From contig NC_043008.1 in assembly GCF_006345805.1 (NCBI RefSeq), forward strand, positions 15,376,001 through 15,440,000: a DNA stretch of 64,000 nucleotides, written 5' to 3'. Numbering within the stretch: position 1 is the stretch's first letter; every line of letters begins with the position of its first letter. Position numbers and translations under genes: made by a program. The notes below the pieces were generated by a model. That model ran no database searches. It was not told where the DNA came from and was given only the letters and a program-made list of their open reading frames with translations. This stretch comes from Octopus sinensis. Taxonomy: Eukaryota. This document shows, one piece after another, positions 25,770-40,069 of this stretch.

Positions 25770-26177
25770 AGGCGCAGTTATGACTGTATGGCCAAGAAGC
25801 ACCTTTTGATCCCACGTTGTAGCACCTTGGTCATATTAGGTAAATATTTTCAACTATAGCCTCGGGTAGACCAATGCCATGAATTTGGTAGACAGAAACT
25901 GTTTGGAATCGTGTCGTGAATAAATGAATGCATATACATCTTTAGTTGTGCTTGAGTGTTTGTCTCCTACACCACTTGCCAAAGATGTTGGCATGTTTCC
26001 ATCCCTGTAAGTGACTGGTTTGGCAACCCTGCATCCCACCAAAAAAAACCCCCAAAAAACAATAAAATAAAATAAGTACCAACTTTGAAAAAAAGCATTG
26101 GCTTCGATTCCATCGTTTAAACATTTCAAGGTTATACTCCAGCATGGCCGCAGTCCGATAACTGAGACATGAAAAAG
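25770..26177 (+). mobile_element. degenerate SINE family A-related copy
   Basis: AGGCGCAG head, CTATAGCCTCGGG body, TCCAGCATGGCCGCAGTC tail. Confidence 0.65.
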
Positions 26178-26797
26178 TTGTTCATGTAAAGAAATCATGC
26201 TTAATTATAATACTATATAAGTATCGGTAATAGCAGTCGGAAACAATTATATTCCGCATAAAATATAAGTATGTATCATATAACTGTCATTATTGAAATT
26301 CCTCCTTCAAAAAAAACCAGAACACTTTTCTAAAAGTCCATAATCATAACCGTTTTCAAATACCAGAAAAACTCAAAATAGTTTATTGTTTATATTATTT
26401 CACGTTGAAATTTGTTTATACTTCTAAAATATTCAGGCATCGTATTCTTTGAATCAGACCGATATTTTTTTTTACCCTGAAATTTAAATATATTCAAGGA
26501 TTATATAATTAACAATGCAATTCTTAGAGCAAAGAACCTGAATATTGTAGAAAAATAAAGAAATTTAAATGTGAAACAATGGAACAATATTTTTTCTTTT
26601 TCTACTTTCTGTTATTTTGAACTGAGTATAATATTATTTATAAATGTAGAATTTTAAATAACAATCGGCTTCCAAATTTTATACTTCTGTCCGTACGTGT
26701 GAGTGTGTGTGTGTGTGTGTGTGTGGTGTGTGTGTGTGTGTGTGTGTTCGTGCGTATGTGTTCGGCATGTCTGTGTGGTTAGAAATCTTCCATTGTA

Positions 26798-27032
26798 TAA
26801 GGCGGCGAGCTGGTAGAAACTTTACAACGCCGGGCGAGATGCTTAGGAGTGTTTCGTCTGTCTTTTACGTTCTGAGTTCAAATTCCGCCGAGGTCGACTT
26901 TGCCTTTCATCCTTTCGGGGTCGATAGATTCCGTACCAGTTACGCACTGGGGTCGATGTAATCGACTTGATCCGTTTGTCTGTCCTTGTTTGTCCCCTCT
27001 GTATTTAGTCCCTTGTGGGTAATAAATAAATA
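26798..27032 (+). mobile_element. SINE family B, full-length monomer
   Basis: AGGCGGCGAGCTGGTAGAAAC head, GAGTTCAAATTCC B-box, GCCTTTCATCCTTTCGGGGTCGAT central segment; 17-bp TSD AGAAATCT(T/C)CCATTGTA at 26781-26797 and 27033-27049. Confidence 0.9.
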
Positions 27033-27352
27033 AGAAATCTCCCATTGTAACTACGGGGTTTTGGGTTCACTCAGTAGGTATGGCTCCTACTGTGCGCACC
27101 GTGCGTAGTGAATGATTTTAGTAGACACAAGATGTGCGTACGCCTGACGTATTTATATAGTTTTTATGTCTGTATTTATTCCTCACCGCTTGACGACCAG
27201 CTTTTATTTGTTTATGTTCCTTTCACCTAGAGCTTGCAAAAATTTGTACTGGGGTCGACTTGTTCGACTTCAAAGGTTGTGCCCTGGCACCGACGCAGCC
27301 CAATTACTGAAACACTACAAAAAATAAATAAAAGGAGGAAAATACATGACGA

Positions 27353-27390
<38 letters not shown>

Positions 27391-28401
27391 CACACACACA
27401 CACACACACAGACTGTTGTGGAAGGACCCTGACCACTCCCATGTGACTGAAAGTAGAGTACCGCATTTCAATAAAGTAAAGTAACTGTGAGAACAGTCAG
27501 TGGTTGACGAGTCGTTGTAAGCCATTGCATTTCTTTTCATTCGATTTTATTGTCACATACATTTTCATTATACATTTTATGTACCCCCCGTTTTGTGTTG
27601 TCTCTCTTCGTATTGTCCCCTCTATTTTCAAGCTATATGTCGATAATAAAGAAATGAGTTGACGTGTCGTTCATAGCGGTGATCGTTCGCATTGGTTACT
27701 GTGTTAGATTCATATCGTAACTACAATTGGTGTAGTGTGGAGTGCATTCTTGTGAACATAATAATCCTGCGGATGGTTATTCTAGATAACCATATCCAAA
27801 TATTTATTTCGGTAATGCTATTCTTACACCCGACGTTTACAACTCACGTCATAACAGAATGGTTACAAGGTTCACCCTTATAGCTATGAGATCCCGATTT
27901 CGATACCACTGCGAATATACGCTCAGCTGGAGCCAGACCTTGTGACTGAAAATGTGTAGACGGAAACGTTGGGAGATTCTATTTGTAATTCAAAAACCTA
28001 GGCTTGTCATGCAGATTCCGTCTGAGAACTGAGAAGTATATTAAGCGTATATGTTATGGAATACTCAACCACTCGTACGCTTATTCAACGTGCCTAGAAG
28101 TTCATGTCGGAAATTGCGAGATAAAAAGAAAAAGATTAAAGAATGAAAGAATAAAGAATAAATGATTGACGATTGCGAAATTGAAGGAAAAATATCAGCA
28201 TTTCACGGAACGAGTTTTATGACATATTTTTTTCTTATTGAATCATAGTTTTTGCCCAAGGATTCTTTGAACCCTTAATATGTTATTGCATAAATATGGC
28301 TTCCATCGAGATTTTTCTCAGAAATTTGTCAATGATTCGTTGAGAAATGGTGACGTCTGCATGTGTAGGCTTCGTCGATTACATTGGCCCCAGTAATTTA
28401 T

Positions 28402-28810
28402 TCTTTTACTCTTTTACTTGTTTCAGTCATTTGACTGCGGCCATGCTGGAGCACCGCATTTTAATCGAGCAAATCGACCCCAGGACGTATCCTTTGTAAG
28501 CCTAGTACTTATTCTATCGGTCTCTTTTTGCCGAACCGCTAAGTTACAGAGGCGTAAACACACCACCATAGGTTGTCAAGCGATGTTGGGGGAGGGGACA
28601 TACACAGACACACAAACATACACACACAGACACATACATATATATATACATATATACGACGGGCTTCTTTCAGTTTCCGTCTACCAAATCCACTCACAAG
28701 GCTTTGATCGGCCCTAGGCTATAGAAGAAGATATTTGCCCAAGGTGCCACGCAGTGGGACTGAAACCGCAGCCATGTGGTTCGTAAGCAAGCTTCTTACC
28801 ACACCGCCAC
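28402..28810 (-). mobile_element. SINE family A
   Basis: Reverse complement of the family A unit. Confidence 0.9.
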
Positions 28811-31164
28811 GATCCTGAAAGAATGAAAGGTAAAGTTGACCGCAAGTAGGATTTGAGCGTAGAACGTACACATTCAGAAGAAATGCCTCTGTGCTGAAGA
28901 CTCTGCTTCCTCGCCGTCTTAAAGAATCTTTAATAATCTTCACTCACTGGGACAATGAATCGAGTATAGTTAATTGAATTGCCATCTATACATCCACGTT
29001 GATTATCGCCCTTGGGGGGATATGGAATGCAAATTATATTTGAGCGCTGCTTCATTTTATTACATAATACAACCTCATGAAACAATGCGAAGTAATTTTG
29101 GTCTGCGTTCTATATTTTCTTTCCCTCCACCACTTACGTGACAACAACAATTATAAATATAATTACCGTATCCTGGAGATTTTGGAACATCAAAAGAGAT
29201 CCGAATATAATTAGGATGACGTTATGAATTTGTATTTTAAATTACCATTAAATGGAAAATAGCTTGCAACATTAACGGGTCGTGCTAGTTTTGCATCTCA
29301 GTTAGCTTCGGTACCTACTACATTTTTTCTTAGTGATGGTGGTTAAATTTGTTTTATTATGAAAATCCAGTGTAATGTTGTTCAAAGAGCATTTACCGAC
29401 GCTGTTCTTTAATACAGACCATCAAATATTAATAGGACGAAATATAAAAGAAAAAAGGAAAAAGCGAATATAAATGATTAAAGGAGCTAAACATCACATC
29501 AACATGCATTTTAATATTGGGAACTGTTGCTAAGGAGGAAAATAACACTGCATAGAGCAACATTCCACCATAATTGATCTAAATGCGACATAATCTGGTC
29601 AAATCAGAGAAATTCAAATCCAGTTGGAATTTGGCCAAAACAGCGGAAAAGAAAATCCTCGCGTTAATTTCCCAATGACAGCAGATTTTTGCCTTTTGGT
29701 TAGAATAATAAAGAAAAAGAAAAGTAAAATAAAGAACAAGGAATGAAAAAGAAAAACGAAACAGCATTTGTGTTATGTAGTTGCTGTTTGGCGTGAAGCC
29801 AAGGGTTGCCAATGCAAGAGTTCAGTGAAGTATAAGTTCTCTCCATTTGTGTGCTGCTTGTTAAATGCCAAGCATCACATGAATATTTCTCGATTAAAAC
29901 GCATTTATACATAAAAAAAATATTGATGGATACATCTATAGACACACTCACTGACACACACATACACATATATTGATATATACTTACATATATTCATACA
30001 CACACACATACACACACATGAATATATATCTTTCCCTTTCTATCTGTCTGTATTTCTCTCACTCCCTATACGCATACACATACATAAATATATACTATAT
30101 TTGATATACATATACACACATACATACACAAATATATATCATATTTGATATACATATACATACATACATACAAACACACATCTATATATGTAGATAAATA
30201 CGCACATGCACCATACATAATTATATACATATATACAAATATATGCGTATATGCAAACAGGCGCTCATTCAGCCTCACATACATATACAAATCTATACAC
30301 GAGTGACTGTGCAACCATCTGCATAGTTTTACGTATTAATTCAATTCTGGCAACAATGTATCCAAATTTTTCGCGTTCCGTATTGTTTCTTACGTAAATT
30401 CATGCTTATTTGAATACGTAATTTTTCTGCGTTCATCTTCCCCTCTATATCTACCTAACAAGGCATTTATTTATTTTATGTGGAACCATCGAGGTTGATG
30501 GACGATACTTATGTAACTTTGTGCGAATTTACACTTCTGTGTGAAATATACAAAAATTCCTTGCTGTATTTATTATGATTTCTTGCTTTCTCACTATGCA
30601 AGCTTTGATTATGAGACATAGCGGCACAGCTGTCTTGGCGTCACAATTTTCGCGTCGCTGACATATCTGACATCATGTTTTTCTCATTCTCTCACCCACA
30701 CTTTCTCTTTTTCCTTCTAGCTCTCTTCTTCTCCCTTTGTGTTTCCCTTTGTGTGAATGAGAAGAGTGAAAGTGTTTATGTCAATCATTTTATCATAGTT
30801 CTGAGACAGAATCAGCGCGACAAAACTAGATTTTGAATTAAAAATACAATCATTCAACGAGATCTGCAGTTTACGACCACCCAATTTCAATCACAAGGTT
30901 TCGCTCCAGCCGAGTCTATATCAACAATGCAATCATGACTGATAGCCATTCATATGAAAAATCGAGGGTCTATGTGTGTGTGTGCGTGTGTGTGTGGTGT
31001 GTGTGTGTGTGTGTGTGTTGTGTGTGTGTGTGTATGTGTTTTATGTATTCTCTTGCTTTTGTTTTTTGGCGTTGTTTCAATCATTGGGCTTAACAATGCT
31101 GGATCCACCCTGAAGTCGAACAAATCGTTATTATTTAGCTATGATGTATATTTTTCTCGACTTG

Positions 31165-31592
31165 TAGGCGCAGGAGTGGCTTGTGCGTAGGCGCAGGAGT
31201 GACTGTGTGGTAAGTAGCCTGCTTACCAGCCACATGGTTCCGGGTTCAGTTTCACTGCGTTGCACCTTGGGCAAGTGTCTTCTACTATAGCCTCGGGCCG
31301 ACCAAAACCTTGTAAGTGGATTTGGTAGACGGAAACTGAAAGAAGCCCTTCGTATATATGTATATATATATATGTGTGTGTGTGTGTATATGTTTGTGTC
31401 TATGTTTGTCCCCCCAACATCACTTGACAACCGATGCTGGAGTGTTTACGTCCCCGTAACTTCGCGGTTCGGCAAAAGAGCCCCGATAAAATAAGTACTA
31501 GGCTTACAAAGAATAAGGCGATTTGCTCGAGTAAAGGCGGTGCTCCAACATGGTCACAGTCAAATGAATGAAACAACTAAAAAGTAAAAAAG
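31165..31592 (+). mobile_element. SINE family A with duplicated 5' head
   Basis: TAGGCGCAGGAGTG occurs at 31165 and 31188; the rest is a normal family A body and tail. Confidence 0.88.
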
Positions 31593-32599
31593 TATACTCG
31601 GGCATTCACATATATGTGTATTTAAAAAATTGGCAGAAGGTTGCTCACATATTTCAGGTGACGATAAAAATGATTAAATTTGAAACCGTCCTTATGTAAA
31701 TATGACAAAAATAGAAAGAGTGTAGAGCAAAATCCGCTGTGGTATATTTTTGATTTCCCTTTCATTTCTGAGTTCAAATCCTGTAGCGGTCATCGTTGCT
31801 GTTAATTCATTTAGGATGATGCTGAATGAAACACATCAAGCACAGATTCAATTTAGGAGACTGTTGTCCACCTCCTTTAAAAAGACAAAAAGAAAAACGA
31901 AAAAAAAATACCCTTCTTGTTTCGACGTTAAAACTGATTATTATCTACGTGATAACCACTATGTAAAGTTATAATCTTTTATTATATTACCTCTATAAGA
32001 AATCGTTATTATTTCACTGTAGATTTTGTGATTGATGTTATGTTTTACTAAAGGAGGGAGAAAAAATGGATATTTATGACTTGTCACTTTTAATCAGTAT
32101 TGCACTTAGATGACTGTGTCAGAAAACGACTGTTCACATAGAGATTCGTGAGTGTTTCAATAATGTACCAATAAAACATTTAACACGGAACTTAACTGGC
32201 AGAACTATGTTATATAGAGAAAACATCAATTTTCTTAAAGTGTTTCGTTTAAGTGAAATGTCTGGATTGATGAAATAAAGACAGAATCTTCATCACATAT
32301 ATTTTGTATAATTCTATGTCATAACTAGAATGACATAAGTTAGAAGTATTAAATTCTTCATAATATCGGAGGTATAAAATTTTTAGAAGCAATAAGTAGA
32401 TTTTTGTTCTTTCGTATTTCCTTGAAAAGAAAGACACATATTCATTGCAAAAAGTTTTATAATTAGCATTGTGAAAGCAGTAAGGGAAGACAAGTAGCAT
32501 AGAACTTGCGTTGTTAAGTCAGTCATAAAACGCACGTTCAAATCATTGTCATGTTTACAAACTGGAAGATCAATGTTATGGTAATTTGTTGGCTCAAGT

Positions 32600-33039
32600 G
32601 ATCTTTTCGGTTTGAACGGCAGTTTTTAACATAATTTCTAGGTAACTAAAAAATTTTTAACTTCGTATACTGGTAGAATGTGTTTATAAAACATCTTTTT
32701 CTCTTGGCTTTATTGAGGAAACTCTATAGTTTGCAAGATATTTGTTGTTTTTTGCTTCAATTTCTGTAATTTCAACCAATCACTGACGTCTGTTGAGGTA
32801 AAAAAAACATTCTGTGCCATATGAATATGTTCCTCGTTCAAGAAACAGATTGGGTTTATTTACATTTGTGAAGAAAAAAAGATACCCTTCCCCCTATCCC
32901 CTACCCCTACCCCTAATCCTAACTAACTCTAACCCTAAAACAGATTAAAATGCAATAGATCGATACTAGGGTCATAATAATGGGTGACAATTTCATATGA
33001 CACCGCAAGAAAAAACTGTCATTCAAATTGAAAAGATCC
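32600..33039. mobile_element. non-autonomous TIR element with 9-bp TSD (Mutator-like) and internal telomere-like tract
   Basis: Imperfect ~28-bp TIR GATCTTTTCGGTTTGAACGGCAGTTTTT / AAAAACTGTCATTCAAATTGAAAAGATC; GGCTCAAGT at 32591-32599 and 33040-33048; degenerate (CCCCTA/CCCTAA)n at 32891-32938. Confidence 0.7.
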
Positions 33040-33058
33040 GGCTCAAGTTCCACACATA

Positions 33059-33365
33059 CACTAGAACCTTGGTTTACGAATTTCATTCGTTCTTTAAGGC
33101 CGTTCGTCGGCCGATATGTTCGTAAAGCAAAACTATTTTTTTCCACAGGGAGTTCAAAAGACGGCACGGCTAATTGGAGCTGGGGGTGTGAACTGAGCAA
33201 AAGATAGACAGCAACCGATGGTGTCCCGTTGACACCACCAGCTTGTCACAAACTGTTGCTGCTAGTATACGCGTTCATTACACGATACACCGTTCGTCAA
33301 CCGAGACGTTACACATTCGAAAAATTGTTCGTAAATCGGCTTCTTCGTAAACCGAAGTAGCTTTG
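33059..33365. mobile_element. degenerate Tigger/Tc1-type MITE
   Basis: TA-flanked; left CACTAGAACCTTGGTTTACGAA and right TTCGTAAACCGAAGTAGCTTTG form an imperfect TIR. Confidence 0.55.
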
Positions 33366-33522
33366 TATTCTGTATATTCTAGAAATATATATATATATAT
33401 GGATGAAGGCTACGTGCGTGTGTGTGTGTGTGTGTGTATGCGTGTGTATGTGCCTGTGTGTGCATGTGTGCGTGCGTGTGTTTGCGCGTATTTGTGTATA
33501 TTGATATATATGCATACAGTTG

Positions 33523-33552
33523 TTCTGAAAGAAGTCATCGTATATATATACA

Positions 33553-33591
<39 letters not shown>

Positions 33592-33824
33592 GTATGCGTG
33601 TGTATATGTATGTTTGTGTGTCTGTGTTTGCCTCCTCCCCCCCCACAACATCGCTTGACAACCGATGCTGGTGTATTTACGTCCCCGTAAATTAGCGGTT
33701 CAGCAAAAGAGACCGATAGAATAAGTACTAGGCTTCCAAAGAATGTCCTGGGGTCGATTTGTTGCTCGACTAAAGGTGCTGCTACAGCATGGCCACAGTC
33801 ACATGACTGACACAAGTAAAAGAG
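33523..33824 (+). mobile_element. SINE family A, 5'-truncated
   Basis: Body and tail only. Confidence 0.8.
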
Positions 33825-35293
33825 ATATTGTTCGAACCTAGTAAACAGTTTTCCTCCAACTCAATTCTTGCATAAAATTCTCAATTTTCTTTGAAAATTA
33901 TACCATATAAGGCTTCATTCTTTGTTAAATAGCCAATATTAAATGTCAGAGCTTTTTGTCATCGATACCCTTATTTTTAAGACATACTCCGGGCAGAAAG
34001 GCGTTGTAGCATGCATTTAAGATGCTTTTCTGAATTTCATGAATTACTAACGGCATTCCAAACACACAGTACATCATGTTAATATTTTTTGTTCAATGCC
34101 TTACGGGCATCCAATTGGTTATATTTCTATATCGCCCAATACGTTTTAAAGGGGTATTTCAAAACATATTGCGTTAAAATTAGAAATTATGCCCTGACCA
34201 CATGGTTAGATAAGTGGTGTGGTAATGACTCGTGACAACACAGCCTGAACGTGGAGATATTTAATTGAGAGGGATCTGATGTAGCGCTGTCAATGTGTTA
34301 TGAAATCTTTGAAGTTAATATCATTTCCTTTTGTAAGAATTTCAGCTTCATGAGCAGAATTTTTGACCAAACATTTCATCAATCGGCCAAGATTTTTTCA
34401 TTTGCATGCCAATGAACTAGGAGAATGTTTTATTCCATTCTCTCATTGCCCGTGAATTAAGAGGCCTATTAATTAATAATGGTTTTATAAAGCATTCACC
34501 TAATTCGTTATTGCATAATAATAATGTGACTCGATCTTTAGATCCTTTGAATCTGTCAGATGTTTTTATTTTCTGATGTTATAAAATTCCTTCAGATTTT
34601 TTTTTTTCGAGAACAGACCAGTTTCATGAACATTAAAAATTTGTTTTAAAGAATTTTTGCAATTATTTTAGCTAATGGTGGCACAAATTCTTCTGCAGTT
34701 TTCTTATCTCCTTGATCAAGTTTAACCAAGCAATTTAATAATATGTAGAAACATTCCATTAAAAAAAAAAACTTGTTCATGACATCATTTAATACACGAA
34801 AAAAATGGTTGTTCTTCATGAGATATTTCGAGTTTGATATCGATTTTATTCAACATTTTTAGTGCTTCTTTTCGTTTAAGAAAGTTTTGTATCGACAATC
34901 ATGTTAGTATTTTCCCGTCCATCCAAAATAACCAAGTTTTTACATTTATCTTCACGATATTAGTCCATATGTATGATGCAGCCTTATCGTAAATATTACA
35001 ACTCACTAGATCCGAATTTTTCGTCAGTTATTTGAATCGTACTCAATACCCCCAGTATTTATAAGTAACTGATTCGCAATTTTTGCGGAATCTTTTTTTT
35101 TTTTATTATAATTTCTATTTCTAGAGATACAGTTACTCTTGTCTCCTTTTCATTTGGTATTTGAAATTCTGTTACATAATCATGAAAATCTTTAATAAAT
35201 TTGCAGACAAATTAATACGTAGGGAGAAAGAGATTCAGTGATGAAGAAATGTAACATTTGATGCTAACGTTCAGGTTTCACATTATCAATATA

Positions 35294-35860
35294 CTGGGTT
35301 GTCGGGAAAGTTCGTGCCGAACTTTAAAGGAAAGAACAAGGTCAATAAATATTTGCCATTACATTTTTAATCAACCAAATATGAACTATTTTGTTGCACA
35401 ATGCGTCTCCATCTTTCCTTTAACTTGAAAATACCATCTTGCCAGAAGTGAGGTGATTTCATGGCAAAGAATTTTTCAAGGTATCTTTTTATGTCATCCA
35501 AGGAATTGAAGTTTTTACCATTAAGACTATTCTGCAGAAACCTAAACAAGTGGAAATCCGAAGCAGCAATATTTGGTGAATATGGAGGGTGAAGTAACAC
35601 ATCCCAGCCGCGCTGCAGCAATTTTTGGTCTGGTTCTCAAATCATCAAGTGCCGAAAATGAACTTTCTTATCTTCCAATTTAAAGGGTTACAGAATTAAC
35701 ACATTTTATTGGAACATAAACCTTCTTCTACGAAAAGATAGTTTAAACTCTGCTCTAAATGTAGGTGCAGTCAAATCCTATTTTATGGATTCAACCATAT
35801 TCTAAAATAAGTTGAAAGGTAAGCTACTATAAATCGGCATGAACTTTCCGGACAACCCAA
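35294..35860 (-). mobile_element. mariner (DD34D) internal-deletion derivative
   Basis: TA TSDs; ~28-bp TIR (C/T)TGGGTTGTC(G/C)GGAAAGTTC(G/A)TGCCGA; minus ORF 35367-35621 HPPYSPNIAASDFHLFRFLQNSLNGKNF...GIFKLKERWRRIVQQN is the mariner transposase C-terminus (YSPDL region). Confidence 0.92.
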
Positions 35861-37023
35861 TATATAATGATGCTGATTATGAATGTCAACTTTATGGCTG
35901 AAAGAAAAAATACCAGCGTGTTTTCTGCCTATTTTATACAACATATAATATAGTATAACTTTGTAGTCACATAGAAAACTTTGATATTTGAGTTCTTACT
36001 GCACAGATATTGTCAGTTACTTGACATATTTGAACTCACATATCTTATAATAAATGCAAGAGCCCTTGCACGTAAAATGTAGAATGCGCCCTAGGGGTAA
36101 ATACGTATTGGCATATCGATTATACTGACAATCAACATCACTAGATACCCTCAATTCCAATACATACTCACCAATTCTAAGTTTAGTAACGGAGTAAAAT
36201 ATTCTTCACTGAGGAGGACTAATAAAACCGAAATATGTCAACCATATTCTCTATGCACATTACATTTATTATCTAGAAAATCTGGTTAGATGATTTTATT
36301 GAAGTTATCTTCTTTGATAATTCATTCCAGATTTTTAAACATCACTTAGCAGTAAATTTTGTGTGCACCAAGTCTATGAATAAACTGATTTAATAGAAGT
36401 ATTTTCAAGCAAGAATATTATATATGTTACTGCAGTACGTGTTTTCACTATGCAGAATCTCCCGTGAGGCAATTTTCATCACCCATATAGCAAGTAACAT
36501 ACCTTGACTCATTTGTGGAGAAACAACCCGCATATACAAAATAGATGAGGCCCGATGGATTTGCTTCAAAAATTATATGTCAAATAGTAAAACATTTTAT
36601 AAATTTTATTTTGCTTGAATGAACCAGAAGCAATAAATCACGAGAATCAAAGAAAAATCAGTTGATACATTTATATATTTCTTTGCAAAATGAATTCGAA
36701 AATACTATGGCGTAAAATAAAAATCATTTTAAGAAACAAACGTTATATAAATGTATCAACGAGATTTTGTTTGATTTTCGGAAGTTATTGCTTCGTGGTC
36801 ATTCAAGCAAATATTAATTTGTAAAATGTTTTACAATTTCACATACAAGATTTGATGCATTTCTATCAGATTAATCGACATGATATCAAAGCCGGACTTG
36901 CCAACTAAAAGTCTCTTTGAAACGCACACAAATGTTCATGGATCGCAACGCCAAAGTAATCGTGCATTTCACATTAATGAAAATCTAAACTGTGCTAAAG
37001 TGTAAGCAAGTACCGTGTACACG

Positions 37024-37054
<31 letters not shown>

Positions 37055-37173
37055 GTGCGTGTGTGTCTGTGTGTGTATGTATATATATATATACGCATAC
37101 ATACAGACACAGAGAAACAGATACATATATGTCTATATCTATCTATTTATCTATCTATCCTTTTGTCTGTCTG

Positions 37174-37236
<63 letters not shown>

Positions 37237-37261
37237 GTATATATATATATTCGTTTATCTT

Positions 37262-37720
37262 TAATCTTTACTGGTTTCAGCCGATGACCGGAGCCATGCT
37301 AGAGAAGCATTTTCTCTTGAGTTTAGGTTCCTTTTCCAACTGTTTTTTGGCGAACTTCCAAGATGGATGGAGCCGCCCTTCCATGTGTCTCCTGTTGCGA
37401 TATGAGTTCATCTGTTGTTTCAGCAAAAAATTTGGCCTCGCGCTCTTCAAAGGCATCCACATCTACAGATCTTAAAACTCTGATGTTGTTTGGCAGAATG
37501 ATTTTGTGGGACCCTGAGCACCAAGCTGTTACAGTACTGGATTCTTATTGGATAAGGAGAAGATGGGATCTTTGGTATGATGCCATCCAGTTCCCTGGCT
37601 GGTATAGCTTCCAATTCCAAAGTTTGCAGCTAGAACTTCCAGGATCGTCTATATGCATATCACTTCATATTTTGCACGCCTTCTATCTAGGGAGTAGAGC
37701 TTCCGTTTCCTGTAACCTCT
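37262..37720 (-). mobile_element. decayed CR1-like LINE 3' fragment
   Basis: Minus peptides KLYSLDRRRAKYEVI..ILEVLAANFGIGSYTS..ILPNNIRVLRSVDVDAFE are homologous to the fragment at 3710-4630; tail CTCTAGCATGGCTCCGGTC..CTGAAACCAGTAAAGA. Confidence 0.7.
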
Positions 37721-37735
37721 CCCAGTAGCTCATCT

Positions 37736-37950
37736 CGTGAAGGCGTGTGGCTTAGTGGTTAGGTTACTGGTCTTATGATCATAAGATTGTGGTTTCGATT
37801 CCTAGACCGAGCCACGCGTTATGTTCTTGAGCAAATCACCTTATTTAAAGTTGCTTCAGTCCACTCAGCTGGAAAAATGAGTAATCCGGTGACGGACTGG
37901 TGTCCTGTCCAGTTTCGGAATATATCTGCCCTGAAATCGGGAAACTGGCA
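37736..37950 (+). mobile_element. SINE family C
   Basis: A-box TGGCTTAGTGG, B-box-like GGTTTCGATTCC; perfect 14-bp TSD CCAGTAGCTCATCT at 37722-37735 and 37951-37964. Confidence 0.88.
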
Positions 37951-38326
37951 CCAGTAGCTCATCTGTTTCACCGTGTCAATCTTCTTTTTGTAGAGGAGCT
38001 GGATCGCTTCAAGTTCTGCCACAGATTTTATGCTCTGCAGCGACAACAGTTTTGAGTATTAATGACAGTTCTATATAGAAGCAATATGATATCCTTTATT
38101 CCTAGTTCTGAATAAGCTCAGAATCCATCTAGCTACTTGCTAGCACAGTGTTGACAATATGAACATAGAATGTTTCATCATTATCGTTTGATTCCCAGCT
38201 CAAGTAGTGACTCTGACTCACTGATTGAACTACTGGCTTATCCCTTGTATTCCGAATATAGTCTGTTTGTAGGCCAATAGTGCGGTGCTTGAAACTCTGC
38301 AGCATTAAACACCAGATGAAATACAC

Positions 38327-38457
38327 AAAAAAGATTGACTCGGTGAAACAGATGAGCTACTAATGCTAGTTTCCGACTTCAGGGTAGATATATTCCGAAC
38401 CCGGACATACACCAATCCGTTACCGGATTACTCATTTTTGCCAGCTGAGTGGACTGC
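38327..38457 (-). repeat. inverted copy of 37857-37988 (SINE-C 3' half plus TSD plus flank)
   Basis: Reverse complement match, roughly 90% identical by eye. Confidence 0.8.
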
Positions 38458-38749
38458 CATCTGTGTGAACTGAAGCATTGAACTGCAAGTTATATATATA
38501 TATAAATATTGAGAGAAGGACGGGATGGAAGCTTCATTTTTGTGCTGGTACCGCATTATGTCGTACGCGACTAAGAGGATTTGCATCCCCAACGTAGAAT
38601 TTTTGATGTAATACATGTCCTTGAGGTAATAATTGTGCGCGTCTGAAGAAGGCCATAGACACACATTATGCATTGTTATAAATCCGTCTAATAAAGGCCC
38701 GAAACATATGTACCGCTGAATCCTTGGCATCATGTTTTTATTTTGATTA

Positions 38750-38790
<41 letters not shown>

Positions 38791-39487
38791 AAAGGAAGAT
38801 ATTTTATTGCACATGTATTTCATATGTGTGTGTGTGTATGCGTGCGTGCGTGCGTGTGTGTGTGCGTGTGAATGTATTATACAAATGTATAACGGGCGAT
38901 CACTGATGACGTACTAAAACTACAAAAAGACCGGCTAGCAATAGACAAATGTGCTGATGAAAATAACTTGCAGTTCAATGCTGCATTGATTCAATCACTG
39001 CACTATTGGCCTACATATATAAATAATAGATTAAATAGAAATGCAATAGAAAATCGAATGACATATTTTATATTATAATATAACATAATATACTATGAAA
39101 ATAATATATAACATAAACAGTTATTAAAATACCAAATAAAGCCAACAATTTGTTTCGACTTATATATATTTTGATATATAAAGAATTCAATTTCCTTATA
39201 GAAGTCTTATCAGAGCCAATGGTTTGAAGATAGACGAAATTCCATGTGAAAGGACGTCTGGATTGTAAAAAAATTATAACGCCTGGATTGTAAAGAAATT
39301 ATAACAGGCAAAATAATTAAGTAAGTAGAATCTACAACTACCGAAATATATTTCTATATATAGCAAATAATATTAAATCAAACTCATATATGTTGAAGAC
39401 AATCTTTCGCTTTTATCGTAAAATACAACAATAATATATATGTATATGAATAAATATCAGGGTCTTTCATAAACTAGAAACTACCTC

Positions 39488-40069
39488 TGTGTGAAAAGTC
39501 TGGCTGCATCCGAAGAAATATATATTATGAAACAAAAATAAACACAAAATTTATTACACGAATCTGTTACCACCACGACAGTCACCTATTTGACGACGAA
39601 CACGAGTTTGATGTTGAATACATCCACGAATTTTCCGCTCAGATAGCTCTTCCCAAGACTGCAAGACGGCTTCGTGCAATTCATGCCTCGTTATAGGGTT
39701 TTTCAGCATTTTTGACAAGGCTTGGTCGCCCAGAACGCTTTTTTGGCTGTATTGTTCCACGAAGTGTTCCATTTTTATAAATTCGCGCTGGTATATTGCG
39801 GTCTACTTGAAAGGCATTGCAAAGATCACTCACTGTTTCGTTTGCGACCCCATCTTTAATTTGCTGGTAGCGTAGAAGTATTGCCAGTCTATCTATCTAA
39901 CTAATTTGTTCATCTCGGCTGCGAGCCATCTAAAATTAATAATGATTCTGCTAATTCCACGTGTAAACATGTGTTGAATAGAACTCACTGAATGAATCTT
40001 AATTAACTGTGATGTCAATTGTATGCACCTGACATATGCTAACGTGTATGCAGCCAGACTTTTCACACA
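39488..40069 (-). mobile_element. degenerate Tc1/mariner-like deletion derivative
   Basis: Perfect 22-bp TIR TGTGTGAAAAGTCTGGCTGCAT; right end followed by TA. Minus ORF ..ELHEAVLQSWEELSERKIRGCI..CRGG resembles Tc1 transposase C-termini. Confidence 0.65.

Noticed and set aside
32891-32938. True telomere or chromosome-fusion scar
   Set aside because: Only ~50 bp, degenerate, and enclosed within TIRs and a TSD.
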